The translations under genes and the position numbers were made by a program. The notes beneath the pieces were generated by a model. It saw only the letters and a list, made by a program, of their open reading frames with translations. It had not been told where the DNA came from and did not search any database. From contig CAVWLP010000003.1 in assembly GCA_963755915.1 (NCBI GenBank), positions 96,001 through 160,000 of the forward strand: DNA of 64,000 bases. Reading direction: 5' to 3'. Positions 1 through 12,395 of this stretch are shown piece by piece. Source of the stretch: an uncultured Phycisphaerales bacterium. GTDB lineage: Bacteria > Planctomycetota > Phycisphaerae > Tepidisphaerales > Tepidisphaeraceae. Each line of letters starts with the position of its first letter. Position 1 is the stretch's first letter.

Positions 1-106
1 GATCGACCCAAACTTTGCTTTAGCGCAAAGCAATCTCAAGGCGGCGGAGGAGAAGGTCGGTGCTCCTGGCGGCTGGAATAACCGCCCGATACAAATCAGG
101 CAGTAA
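1..106 (+). CDS. C-terminus of a TPR-like protein (partial)
   Basis: Frame from position 2 reads IDPNFALAQSNLKAAEEK...RQ*, resembling a terminal TPR helix. Confidence 0.5.
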   Translation, partial: IDPNFALAQSNLKAAEEKVGAPGGWNNRPIQIRQ

Positions 107-131
107 ATAAACGCTCCCCTGCGGATCGCCC

Positions 132-1880
132 TCACGACGCGAAAATTGAATTGATCGCCTGCTCCAGCGCCTCAAGGGTGACGGGTTTTACGATGTGCAT
201 TTCGAAGCCGGCGTCTTTGCTGAGTTTCTGGTCGTTTTCAGAGCCGAAGCCGCTGAGGGCGATGCCTTTCAGGTTGTGGCGGGCGCGGAGTTGGCGCATG
301 AGATCGTAGCCGCTGCGGTCGCGCAGGCCGAGGTCGCTGATAACGAGGTCGAAGGGTTTTTTGGAGGCGGCGTGGGCGGCCTGGCGAGCGCTGGGGACGG
401 AGTGGAGTTGGTAGTCGCGCTGGCGGAGGAGGATGGTGATCGCGGAGCGGGTTTCGGCGTGATCTTCGACAAGGAGAATGCGGAGGGGTCTTTGGGCAGC
501 GTGGGCGGCGCGGGTGCGAAGATGGGAATCGGCGGGTTTTCCGTTGTGAGATTCTGCGACCAGGGGAAGGGAGATGATGACGGTTGCGCCGCGATCTTTT
601 CCTTCGCTGCGCGCTTCAATGGTACCATTGTGGGCCTCGATGATGGAGCGGGAGATGGTGAGTCCGAGGCCGAGGCCGCCGAAGCGGCGGGTGATTCCTG
701 TTCCGCCCTGCTCGAAGAGGTCGAAAATTCGGGGAAGGACATCAGGCTCGATGCCGACGCCGGTATCGGTGAAGCGGATTCGAACCATACCCTGGGACCG
801 CGTAAAACCAATGGAGATCTGTGCGCCGTCGGGCGTAAACTTGACGGCATTTCGCAGGACATTCCAGAAGACCTGGAGGAGGCGGACGCGGTCGCCGTTT
901 ACGGGGATGGGAAGACAATAGAAGTCGGGAAGAAGGACAAGCCGGCGGGTTTGCAGGTCGGGCCGGCAGATATCCAGAGCCTCGCGAATGACGTCGCGGA
1001 GATCGAGCCGCTCAAAATCGGTGCGGAGCTTTCCGTGGAGGATTTTGTTGAAGTCGAGGAGGTCGTCAATAAGACGAACCTCCAGGTGAATATTGGTGAG
1101 AACGACGCGCAGGTCGTGACGGACATCGTCGGGCAGAGCGGGATCTTGCGCCATTGCGGAAATGCAAAGAAGAGCGGGAGTCAGCGGGGTGCGCAGCTCG
1201 TGGCTGAGCATGGCGAGGAAACGATCCTTTGCATCGTTGGCAGCCTGGGCAGCGGCGCGCTGTTGGACGGCGTCGGCGATGCGCTGCTCGGCCACGCGGC
1301 GTTCCTGGTCAAGTTGAGCGCGGCCTGTCAAATCGGTGATGGCGGTGAGATAGACCATGCCCTTCCCCGAGTCGCGGCCGACGTAAACGGCTGAAAGCTG
1401 GACGTGAGAGTATCCGCCGGAGGGGTTGCGAAGGCGGAGCTCCACCCAGGGCTTGGTCTGTCCCAGTGTTCCGGGAGCGGTGAGCAGGAAGTTGAGCAAA
1501 GCCCTTCGGTCCTCCTCATGCACGTAGACGAGCAGCGGACGGTGGATCATCGTTTCACGCGAAGCGCCCATGAGGCGAAAAGCGGTGAGGTTTGCCTTTT
1601 CGATGACGCCGTTTCGGTCAAGGGTCAACAGACCCACGGGCGCCTGTTCGTAAAGGCCGGCGTAGAGATTTTTCGAGCGTTCCAGTTCGAGCCGGGCTTC
1701 CCTGAGCTGCTCATTCTGGGCCAGGACTTCGTCCTGATGGGCGGTAAGGGCTTCAGCCAATTTGGCCGGATTCAAGGAGAGATCGTGTTGTCGGTAAAGG
1801 CGGCGTTTGGGTTTCGAGGAGTTCGGGGGAGCAGCAGCTTTCCTGCTTGCCGCGGAGATTGGGAATCGCTTTACCGGCAT
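132..1880 (-). CDS. Hybrid PAS sensor histidine kinase/response regulator
   Basis: PAS (YEQAPVGLLTLD), H-box SHELRTPL, N-box NAVKFT, G boxes DTGVGI and GGLGLGL, C-terminal receiver LLVEDH...DLVISD. Confidence 0.95.
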   Translation of the reverse strand: MPVKRFPISAASRKAAAPPNSSKPKRRLYRQHDLSLNPAKLAEALTAHQDEVLAQNEQLREARLELERSKNLYAGLYEQAPVGLLTLDRNGVIEKANLTAFRLMGASRETMIHRPLLVYVHEEDRRALLNFLLTAPGTLGQTKPWVELRLRNPSGGYSHVQLSAVYVGRDSGKGMVYLTAITDLTGRAQLDQERRVAEQRIADAVQQRAAAQAANDAKDRFLAMLSHELRTPLTPALLCISAMAQDPALPDDVRHDLRVVLTNIHLEVRLIDDLLDFNKILHGKLRTDFERLDLRDVIREALDICRPDLQTRRLVLLPDFYCLPIPVNGDRVRLLQVFWNVLRNAVKFTPDGAQISIGFTRSQGMVRIRFTDTGVGIEPDVLPRIFDLFEQGGTGITRRFGGLGLGLTISRSIIEAHNGTIEARSEGKDRGATVIISLPLVAESHNGKPADSHLRTRAAHAAQRPLRILLVEDHAETRSAITILLRQRDYQLHSVPSARQAAHAASKKPFDLVISDLGLRDRSGYDLMRQLRARHNLKGIALSGFGSENDQKLSKDAGFEMHIVKPVTLEALEQAINSIFAS

Positions 1881-1986
1881 TGCGAGGGTTTCATTGGTTT
1901 AGCCCGCAGAACTTGCGAAGCGACTAATTGTAATCTGATTCCCGGGTAATGAGAATCCAGGAATTTTCAGGAGGCGGAAAAAAGGC

Positions 1987-4738
1987 TTACGGTGCTTTGG
2001 ATCGCGGATCAAGGGAGGGGCCGGCGGGGTTTGGATCACCGCGCCCCTGGATTTCAAAAAGGGCGATGACCGCGCCGTCGATGCGATTGTCGATGTTTTT
2101 GTAGGGGCGGATGCGCAGGGAAAAGAGCTTGCCGTTGCGATCGCGGCATTCGCTTTCCTTGACGGACATGGAGTCGACGGCTTCGGCGATAAGTGCCTCG
2201 AGATTGGGGCAATCGATGTTGGGCTTGATGTCGCTGATGGGACGCCCCACGTCGGTGGGAATAAGGTTGAGAACCCGCTCGGCCATTGGGGTAAATCGCC
2301 GGATGCGAAGATCGTTGGAGACCATCACGATGGCAATCTGGACGCTGGCGAGCAGATTGATAAGGTCGGAATTTACCCGGCTCAGCTCCTCGTTGCGGGA
2401 TTGAAGCTCTTCGTTGACGGTGTTCAGCTCTTCGTTGGTGGACTGCAATTCTTCCTTGGCGGTGTCGAGTTCCTCGTTGGTGGATTGGAGTTCTTCGTTG
2501 GCGGAGAGGATCTCCTCGTTGGCGGATTGGAGCTCCTCGTTGGCGGCTTCGAGGTCCTGGATGATGGCCTGGAGATATTCGCGGCTAGCGGCCAATTCCT
2601 TTTCCAGCTCGCGAACGCTGTCGGAGCGTTTGTCCGTTTTTCCCTTGTCTTTTTTCGAGTTTGCGGAAGTGCGGCTGGACTTTTCAGGTTTGGCTAAATG
2701 CGGATCGCCGCCGGCCTGACGCTGCTCCTCAAAAAGAATGAGAAAATGTCGTTCTCCCGGCAAGGCGCAAGGGGACGACCTCGATGGCGACGGGGCTCAT
2801 GCCGCCGTTGCTGCGAACGCGGAGGCCTTCGCGGCGAACGGATTCACCGAGTTTGCGAGCCTCCTGGATGGCGGATCGGATGCTGTAGAGAAGGCCTTCG
2901 CGCGCCATTTTAAGGAGGTTGAGGCTGGGATCGCCGGGAGGGGGCTCGAGGAATTTTCCGGTCTGGCCGCGGAATTGGATAATCTGGAGATCATCATCGA
3001 CGACCACACCGGCGGGTGAATATCGGGAGAGAATAATGTGATTGGCTTCACTCTGGATGGAAGCCGGACGGAGCTCGGCGGTGGCCGCTTTTGCGCGCTG
3101 GGGCTGGGCCTGGGTATAGGCGCCGACGGGGAGCCCGGCTTCGGCATTCTCGGTGGCAGGTTTCTTGGCGTAGAGCTTGTAGCGTTTATCAACGATGCTG
3201 AAGGAGTCGGCGCCGGCGCCGACGGATTCGGCGCTGCCAAGCATGAGAAAGCCGTTACTTTTCAGGGCGTAGCGGAAGACGCCCATGAGGCGCTTTTGAA
3301 GATTGGCGCCGAGATAGATGAGGACATTTCGGCAGAGGATGAGATCGAGCTTGGAGAAGGGAGGATCGCGCGTGATGTCCTGCCTGGCGAAGATGCAGAC
3401 GTCGCGGATGCTTTTTTTGATGCGGAATCCAGCGTCGGTGCGGGCGAAAAAGATTCGCAGGCGTTCGGCAGAGACGTCGGCGTTGATGCTTTCGGGATAG
3501 ACGCCGGCGCGGGCATGTTCGATGGCTTTGTCGGATACATCGGTGCCGAAAATCTGTATCCGGGTTCCCGAGGCCTGATCGCCCAGATATTCGTGAAGGG
3601 CGATGGCGACGGAATAAGCCTCCTCGCCAGTTGCGCAGCCGGGAACCCAGATTCGGATCGGCGAATCCGTCGGGCGATTGGAGGAGATGGGGGCGTAGAC
3701 CTTCTGGTTGAGGACCTCGAAAGATTCTGGATCGCGGAAGAAGCGGGTGACGTGGATGAGGATGTCCTGATAGAGACTGTTCACCTCGGCGGGGTTTTGC
3801 TGGAGGAACTTGATGTAATCGTCGAGGTTGATGAGCTTATGAAGGACCATGCGGCGCTGGAGGCGGCGCTTGATGGTGGGCTGCTTGTAGTGGGTGAAAT
3901 CGACGCCGCTGGCGTTGCGCAGCATGTTGAAGATTCGGGGGAGCCGCTCGTCGATGCCGGTGATCTCGCCCGATTGTCTGGCTTCGCCGCGAACGAGGGG
4001 GTGGGAGGCGATGCGGATGAGTTCCTGCGCGATGCCGCTGGGTGGGCGGACCAGATCGACGGCGGAAGTGGCGATGGCGGCGCGCGGCATGCCGTCGGAC
4101 TTGGCGGTGGTCGGTTCCTGGACAATGGTGATGCCGCCGGCAGCTTTGATTTCGCGAATTCCGATTGCGCCGTCGGAAGCGGTTCCGGAGAGAACGATGC
4201 CGATGGCGCGATTTTGGGCGTATTCGGCAAGGGATCGGAAGAAAGAGTCAATCGGCATGTGCTGCGTGCGATCTTCCGGACGGGCGATGAGATGGAGCAC
4301 ACCGTCGGCAATCTTCATGTGGGCGTTGGGAGGGATGACATAAACCTGATTGGCCTCGACGCGGACGCCTTCCGTGACCTGAACGACGTTCATTTTGCAG
4401 TGGGAGGCGAGCAATACGGGCAGAAAGCTCTCGTGGCGGGGTGCGAGATGCTGTACGACGATCAGGGCGAGACCGAGGTCAGCGGGAAGGTCTTCAAGAA
4501 GCTGAGAGCAGGCCTCAAGACCGCCGGCGGAGGCGCCGACGCCTGCGATCATGAAATCGGGGAGAACTTCGACGGCGGTGTCGTCGGCGGGCGCCGGGGC
4601 GGCTGGGGGCGCGGCAGTTGCGTGCTGTTCGCCGTGGGTGGAGCTCTGTGCGGCGGAGGATTTGGGTTGGGCGCTCTTTTTGTAGGACGGCGCCGCAGCC
4701 TGGCCGGATCGACTCTTCCTGGGCCTTGGTTTTTTCAT
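1987..4738 (-). CDS. cheB/cheR: CheB-CheR fusion with coiled coil and PAS; one frameshift near 2760
   Basis: GASAGG and LSGTASDG (CheB); WVPGCATGEEAYS and DLILCRNVLIY (CheR); NEELQSTNEE repeats; split over ORFs 2729..4861 and 1987..2763. Confidence 0.92.
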
Positions 4739-4908
4739 TTTGCGCCTTTGCGATTTGATGGATCGATTTTGCGGGGGGTGCGGCCGGCGGATACGCGCAC
4801 ACAGCAAAATCGCCCGGAATCCCGAAACAGAAATGCTAAAGCTGCGGGCGGGAGGGGTCAAGGCAGAGCGAAACGTGGAGAGGCTGGATGATGAGGAGTT
4901 TTAAGCGT

Positions 4909-5214
4909 CTATGCATTGATCGCAAGGGCTCGCGGCTTTGTGCGGCGGGCGCGGTGTCCGTTGCCATTCGGCTTTTGCGCAGCGCCGTTTTCGCCGGCCA
5001 TGCGCTGAAGGATGACTTTCGCCACGTCTGCCTCGATTGCCGAGGGAATGAGTCGCTGGACGATAGCCTGAATGTTTTCGTCCTGGTCGCAGAACCAATC
5101 GATCAGGTGTGAGACGGCGGCGAGCTTAGTCATGCCCTTGTCGTCGCAGAATTGATCGAGCCGGGTTTTTGAGGACGGGGCGATCTCAATCCGCATGATG
5201 ACGCGTTTGTTCAT
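4909..5214 (-). CDS. Small hypothetical protein, ribbon-helix-helix-like N-terminus
   Basis: Clean 101-aa ORF; strand-helix-helix pattern MRIEI...KTRLDQFC...KLAAVSHLIDWF. Confidence 0.6.
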   Translation of the reverse strand: MNKRVIMRIEIAPSSKTRLDQFCDDKGMTKLAAVSHLIDWFCDQDENIQAIVQRLIPSAIEADVAKVILQRMAGENGAAQKPNGNGHRARRTKPRALAINA

Positions 5215-5399
5215 AGCTTTATTACCGTTTTATCTTGGAAACTGGTAGCCGCCCTTGAGCCCGCTGTCTATCAGGAAAATCGGCAGTTGGGTGATTATCT
5301 TGTGGCAAGGGAAGGGGCATCAAATGGAATGGCGCATTACCCGATGGGGTTGGTGGTGGGAATTGCCCGAAATGAGGCGGTCCGCGTAGGATCGTCGGC

Positions 5400-6750
<1,351 letters not shown>

Positions 6751-6779
6751 CATAAGTTGCTTCAGCCTGGGCTCGCAGC

Positions 6780-8163
6780 ATGTTCACGAAATCCACAGTA
6801 CTTCAAGGGGATAAAACCCTCCCAGCGCGGGAAACGCGCCTGCATCCGGAGTCGTGGGGCGAGCGCGGGGGGTTGAATGTTTTCCAGCGGCTGGTCCGGC
6901 AATGGGAATCGCTGCATCCGTATAACGGCGCAGGTGCTGAAAATCGAGGGGGAAGTCGATCTGCAGCTTTGCCGAAGCGCCTGGCTCGATGCGCTGGCGG
7001 CGCTCAACCTTGGGGTTGTATCCATACAAAAGAATTCCTACCGCTATCGGCGAATGAACGGGGAGGCGATTTACCATGGAGTCGTCGAATGTCCGGCGGG
7101 AACGCGGCTGGAGGAGTGGATCAGCCAAGAAATGAACCGGCCGTTTGATGATGGGCAGGGCGTACCGTTTCGGCCCTTTGTGATCCGGGAAAGCGGGCAT
7201 TTCTGGATGGGGTTGTGCTACCGGCACTGGGTGGCGGACAGCACGTCGATCCGGATGCTGATTCACGAGTGGTTCGCGCGGCAGTTTGAGCCGGAGGCGG
7301 CAGTCAATCGTCCGCTGCGGATTCACGCGGGGGGATATCTTTCGCTGTTTGGGCCGCATCGTCCGGGCTCGCGGCCGGGAAGCGCGCTGGCGTCGACGAT
7401 GCGCTGGCATGAGGAGTTTCGGCGGGTGAGGCGAATCGAAGAGCCGGTGAAGTTTCGCGACATGACGCTTGGATTTGAACTTTTTGACGCGCCGCCCGGG
7501 TTGATCGATTCCGTTTGCAAATCGGCGCACTGCGCCGGGGCGAAGGTGAACGACATATTTCTGGCGGCGATCGCGAAGGTGTGCGATGAGTTTGTGCCGG
7601 CAGAGGCGAAGTTTCGCCGCCGGCAACTGGCGATCGGGAGCATCGCCGATCTGCGTCCCTCCGCGGGGAAGCCGGTCGGGGATGTGTTTGATCTGCTGCT
7701 CGGGTTCGCGGTCGTGCGGTGCAAGGCCCATGAGATGAACGATTGGCCGAAGCTGGTGGGAGCGATTGCCCGGCAGACGCAGGACCAGAAGCTGGGGGCG
7801 CTGCCGCTGAGCAGCTTTATGCGGATGGGGATCGGGCTGATCGCCGGGAAGTGGCTGTCGCGGGAAAAGGTGATGGAGTTTTACCGCAAACGGGTATCCC
7901 TGGCGGGGGCAAATTCGAATGTGAATGTGAACCGCTGCTGGGCGGGGAAGTATGCGGGGTGCCGGCTGCTGGATTATGTGCGGGTGGCGCCGACCGGGCC
8001 GATGACGCCGCTGGTCTTTGCCACAACGACTTTCGGGAGCAATCTATCCGTGGGCCTGACCTACCGGCCGGCGATCGTGCCGGCCGAAACCGCCCGGCGC
8101 GGGGGCGAGATTCATCGAATATCTGCAAGAGATTCCGGGAAGCCTCAGGGCATAAGCAAATAA
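6780..8163 (+). CDS. Stand-alone condensation-domain/CoA-dependent acyltransferase; frameshift near 6930
   Basis: HxxxD motif (YRHWVADSTS), KVNDIFLAAI, SIADLR. Confidence 0.65.
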
Positions 8164-8369
8164 CCGATCAGGACCGCAAACAGGCCAACGAGGATGGCGA
8201 GCCCGACGGCAAAATTCGCCCGGGCGGCCGGGCCGATGCGTGCCCCCGGATTGCGGCAGGTTTCGCCGCAGGCGGGGCAATGCCAGCGGGCGTGGTCGTG
8301 GCTGGAATCCCGCGGGTGCAATTCCACCCTGGGGTTTCCGCAATGGGGGCAGGACAGGTTGATTTCCAT
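8145..8369 (-). CDS. Small Zn-ribbon membrane protein
   Basis: CPHC and CPAC pairs followed by a C-terminal hydrophobic helix. Confidence 0.6.
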   Translation of the reverse strand: MEINLSCPHCGNPRVELHPRDSSHDHARWHCPACGETCRNPGARIGPAARANFAVGLAILVGLFAVLIGYLLMP

Positions 8370-8596
8370 AGGCTCTCTCCGCAGTGGATACGCGCTAAAA
8401 CGGCCGGCCCTGCGCACTATCACGATGGGGGATTTTTATAATGGGGGACGGGATAACGCGCTTTTCTTGCGCTATCGGGCTTTACTTTTTGCGCGAGGCG
8501 GATATCTTTTGAAGCCAAGAACATGGAAACCGGCGTGGAAAACGCCGGTAAACGGATTGCTTCATAGGTCTATCAGGCGCACATGGAGGTGCCGCA

Positions 8597-9952
8597 ATGT
8601 CCTTCCGATCCCTTCTCCTCGCGGTCGCGATTTCGATTGCCCCCACGATAAAGATATTTGCCGAGGACGCCCTTTCGACGCCGGAAGTGGCGAATTCCAA
8701 ATACCAGATCAACGGGGTTATCAACGTTGATTCGGTCTACGTGCGCAGTGGTCCCGGGGAGGGGTATTACCCGACCGCGGAGCTCGCCAAAGGCGCACAG
8801 GTGACCGTCGTGGGGATCAAGTTTGACTGGCTGAAGATTCTGCCGCCGGCGGACAGCTTTTCTTATGTCGGCGAGAAGTTTGTGGATCATGACGCCAACT
8901 CGACGGTGGGGAAGATCAACCGCGACGACGTGAACGTTCGGGCCGGGAGCATGGTCAATGCGATGAAGACGACCGTGCAGGCGCGGCTGAACACCGGGGA
9001 CCAGGTGGAAATCATCGGGACGGATGAGGACTATCTGAAGATCAAGCCGCCGGCCGGGGCGTATCTGTATGTGAAGAAGGATTTCGTGACGATTTCCAGC
9101 GCGGTGTCGCCGGCCAATACACCGGCGCCGGCAGTGCAGCCGATGACCACATCGGCTGTGCCGACGCCGCAGGTCGCGGCGACGAATCCTCCGGTTGCGA
9201 ATTCGGGGGCGATTGTGACCAGCACGCCGACGACGATGCCGACAGCGCCGATGGCGGCGGCATCAGTCGCGCCGACGACAAATCCGTCGGCGGTTGCTTC
9301 GGCAGCGCCGGCCCCGTCAACGCAGCCGGCGGCCCCGCCGCCGAGCCCGGAGGAGCTGTTCGCGGCTTATGAGTCGCAGTTCAGCGCGATCAGCCAGCAG
9401 CCGCTGGATGCGCAGCCGATCGACGAAATGATTTCGGATTACAAGGGAATCCAGGGCAGCGAGCAGCTTTCGGATGATCTCAAGACCGTGGTGCGGATTC
9501 GCATCGCGACGCTGCAGGCTCGGCTCGACAACAAGGCCAAGCTGATCGAAATGAAGCGGCTGGAAAAGGTGGCCGCCGATCGGCAACTGGCGCTTCAAGC
9601 GGAGCAGCAGGAGCTGGCCGAGCGGCTGAAGCAGTCGCAGGTCCAGGTCTTCGCGGCCGTCGGCCAGTTGCAACCCTCAAGCTTGCAGATCGGCGGCGGG
9701 ACGCTCTATCGGCTCGTGGATCCGGCGACCGGACGGACGGAAATTTACGTCCGCACCGGCGACGCGAAGATTACCGCGATGATGGGGCAGTTCATCGGCA
9801 TCTCAGGGCAGCCGGAGACAGATCCGCAACTCAGCCTGCGGGTGATCGAGCCGACGGATGCGCAGGAAGTGGATGAGTCGAAGGTGAACGCCTCGATCAT
9901 GGCGGATATTGTGCCGCCGAGCATGTTGGCCAGGCAAGCAGCTTCTAACTAG
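8597..9952 (+). CDS. Secreted SH3b-domain protein
   Basis: Signal peptide, two SH3b repeats (VYVRSGPG, VNVRAGS), P/T/A linker, coiled coil; GGAGG RBS. Confidence 0.85.
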   Translation: MSFRSLLLAVAISIAPTIKIFAEDALSTPEVANSKYQINGVINVDSVYVRSGPGEGYYPTAELAKGAQVTVVGIKFDWLKILPPADSFSYVGEKFVDHDANSTVGKINRDDVNVRAGSMVNAMKTTVQARLNTGDQVEIIGTDEDYLKIKPPAGAYLYVKKDFVTISSAVSPANTPAPAVQPMTTSAVPTPQVAATNPPVANSGAIVTSTPTTMPTAPMAAASVAPTTNPSAVASAAPAPSTQPAAPPPSPEELFAAYESQFSAISQQPLDAQPIDEMISDYKGIQGSEQLSDDLKTVVRIRIATLQARLDNKAKLIEMKRLEKVAADRQLALQAEQQELAERLKQSQVQVFAAVGQLQPSSLQIGGGTLYRLVDPATGRTEIYVRTGDAKITAMMGQFIGISGQPETDPQLSLRVIEPTDAQEVDESKVNASIMADIVPPSMLARQAASN

Positions 9953-9960
9953 ACCACAGC

Positions 9961-10155
9961 CGGAGGCGAGGAGCGGTACTCCGCATTGGCTGGAGGCCAT
10001 CTGCCCGGAGGGCAATCTCTACTTGCGGAGGCGAGGAGCGGTACTCCGCAAAAGCTGGACGCGTCCGCCAAGGACGGCACTCTTTAATCCCGGAGGCGAG
10101 GAGCGGTACTCCGCAATGGCCGGACGCCCATTGCCACGGGGGGCAGCCTCTCGAT
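9961..10155. repeat. Three-unit tandem repeat, period 65 bp, identical 25-bp core
   Basis: CGGAGGCGAGGAGCGGTACTCCGCA at 9961, 10026 and 10091. Confidence 0.9.
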
Positions 10156-10167
10156 GTTACGAAATTT

Positions 10168-11657
10168 TAATCCCGTTCGGCACGGGGTTCGCGCAAGCAG
10201 CAAGATATTGAGATTGCGCCTTTGATCTTTTTATGGCATGCTGCCGGACGTGCAGGCAAGACTGAAGGAAAAAGAGATCCTGTGCCTCGGACATCTGCGG
10301 CGCGTCTTCGCGCTGCTGCCCACGCTGCGGGATGTGGGCTGTGAGCGGGATCGAGCCGGGAACCGCCAGCTTCACTTCGACGATTATTGCAAGCTGGTTT
10401 TGCTTTACACCTGGAATCCGCTGATCCAATCCCTGCGGGATCTTCAGGAGGTTGCTGAACTGCCCAAGGTGGCCAAGGCGCTGGGAATTAAGCGTTTTTC
10501 CGTGGGCAGTTTCTCTGAATCGGTTCGGGTGTTCGAGCCGGGGCGTTTGACGCCGCTGATTGAGGAATTGGCGGGGGAACTGCCCCAGGCGCCCGATCCG
10601 CGTCTTGCGGACTTTGGGCAGGCGATCACGCTGGTCGACGGGACGGTGCTGACGGCGCTGAGTCGGCTGGCCAAATCCGCTTGCGGCATCAATGCGCACT
10701 ACAACACCTCCCGGGACGGGAAAGCGGTCTATGGCTGGCGTTTGCACGTTCAATTCGATCTGGAGACGTTCAAAGTCCATCGCCTCGACCGCACTGGCGC
10801 TCGCAACGCGGGGGCCAACCGTGAAAACAACGTCCTGCGGCGCAGCCTGGAAGCAGGACGGTGCTATGTAGGAGACGGCGGCTACGCCGACCGGAGCCTC
10901 TTTGCGGACATCGCCGCGGCGCAAAGCTCCTTTGTGATGCGGGCCGCGGAAAACTCGGTGTTTGAGCTGTTTGAAGAACGATTGCTTTCACAGGAAGCAT
11001 TGGACGGCGGCGTGGTGCGAGACGCGCTGGTGAAACTCGACGGCCTGGAGACGGCGGCGGATAGGGTGGTGCGACGGGTGGAAGTGCAGGTGAAACCCCA
11101 TCCGCGCCGCACGCGCAGCGGCAACAAGCCGACGGACCTGATCATCCTGTACACGAACCTGCTGGACCTGCCGGCGGAATTGATCGCCCTGATTTATCTG
11201 TACCGCTACACCGTTGAGTTGTTCTTCCGGATCTTCAAGCAACTGCTGGGCATGCGTCACCTGCTGAGCCAACGCCAGGAGGGGATCGACATCCAAATCC
11301 ACTGCGCGCTGATCGTCTGCGTGCTGATTCAGCTGATCAGCGGCAGGAAGCCGAACAAGGCGATGCGGAACATGATCGGCTGGTATCTGCTGGGGCTGGC
11401 CGAGGAACAGGACGTGCTTCGATTCCTGAACAAGCCGGATAACACCGGGATTAAGCTGAGGGCAAGAGCGGAGGCCTTGAAAAAACTGGGAGTAAACTGA
11501 AGGGGAATCCGTCGCCGCGGAGACCTCGCGGTTGATGCTGCGCTCTTGCGGACGCCGGCGTGCAGCAGGGGAAAGTAAAAGTATCTAAGCTTCAATTGTT
11601 TCGCGTCCTCCACAGCTTTGGAATGCTCCGATGAAGCCTGCGTGCCGAACGGGATTA
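10168..11657 (+). mobile_element. IS4-family element, copy 1 (1490 bp), no target-site duplication
   Basis: 17-bp terminal IR TAATCCCGTTCGGCACG; flanks ACGAAATTT and ACAAAAAGC differ. Confidence 0.95.
10238..11500 (+). CDS. IS4-family DDE transposase
   Basis: LVDGT, VGDGGY and YREK signature YLYRYTVELFFRIFKQ. Confidence 0.95.
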   Translation: MLPDVQARLKEKEILCLGHLRRVFALLPTLRDVGCERDRAGNRQLHFDDYCKLVLLYTWNPLIQSLRDLQEVAELPKVAKALGIKRFSVGSFSESVRVFEPGRLTPLIEELAGELPQAPDPRLADFGQAITLVDGTVLTALSRLAKSACGINAHYNTSRDGKAVYGWRLHVQFDLETFKVHRLDRTGARNAGANRENNVLRRSLEAGRCYVGDGGYADRSLFADIAAAQSSFVMRAAENSVFELFEERLLSQEALDGGVVRDALVKLDGLETAADRVVRRVEVQVKPHPRRTRSGNKPTDLIILYTNLLDLPAELIALIYLYRYTVELFFRIFKQLLGMRHLLSQRQEGIDIQIHCALIVCVLIQLISGRKPNKAMRNMIGWYLLGLAEEQDVLRFLNKPDNTGIKLRARAEALKKLGVN

Positions 11658-12225
11658 ACAAAAAGCCACATATCATCCCGACGAAAACACGAAGGACCGA
11701 GGGGCCGCCGATAAGTTCGACGGTCCCTCGATAGGGAATGTGGGCCGGTGAAGGAGGGGCCAGGATGGCTGGCGGCGGTGCGTTGGAGTCGCCGGACGCG
11801 AGCATCTTCTGAATAATGGGTCGCATTTGCTCGATTGTTATGCCGGCGCGATTTAGACATTGGCAGGCCTTGCCGTCGGATTCACGCAAGAGGCCGAGGA
11901 GCAGGTGTTCCGTGCCCACGTGCGTGTGGTTCATCAGGCTCGATTCTTCGATCGCGTAAATGAGGACGTTTTTGGCGTGAAGCGTTTGCGGGAGTTTGAT
12001 CCGGGCAGCGGGGATGATGACGGGATTGACGGATGCATGGATGTGATCGAAAACCTTAAGTCCAGCCGGCAGCGACTTGAGGGCGCCGGCGCCAACGCCG
12101 CCGGCTTCGATGACAAGTGCAAGAAGAATATGTTCGGTGTCGATGGCGGCGTAGCCGCGGCGATTGGCTTCGAGATTGGCGATCGCCATGACTTTGCGGG
12201 CACGATTGGTGAAATGTTCGAACAT
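11658..12225 (-). pseudogene. Clp N-terminal-domain protein, 3' end truncated by IS4
   Basis: MFEHFTNRARKVM and two TEH(I/L)LL repeats; frame runs into the IS4 IR. Confidence 0.8.
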
Positions 12226-12330
12226 GCGTGCTGCGCCGCCAGATTATATGCGAGCAAATGGGAAGGGAAAATGTGTCAGGATTGGAAAATGCGCGAGGTG
12301 CGGCAGGGTAGTTTGGGGATAGAGCAGAAC

Positions 12331-12361
12331 GTGCTCCCCTGCGGGTCGCGGCTAAACGGGG
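12331..12361. repeat. REP-like palindrome
   Basis: GCTCCCCTGCGGGTCGCGGCTAAACG; partial copy GCTCCCCTGCGGATCGC near 113-129. Confidence 0.5.
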
Positions 12362-12395
12362 AAGGCGAGGGGTGGGCTTTGGGTCTCTGAGTTGG

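Noticed and set aside
3038-4891. Long antisense ORFs (also 195-1394, 29022-30284, 35887-37053, 62890-63909)
   Set aside because: Shadow frames of real genes in GC-rich DNA, with no recognisable motifs.
9960-9970. CCGGAGGCG shared by the 65-bp repeat and the att ends
   Set aside because: A 9-10 bp GC-rich match with no further tRNA similarity; likely chance.
9961-10155. CRISPR array
   Set aside because: Only three repeats, the intervals are homologous to each other, and there are no cas genes or leader in the window.
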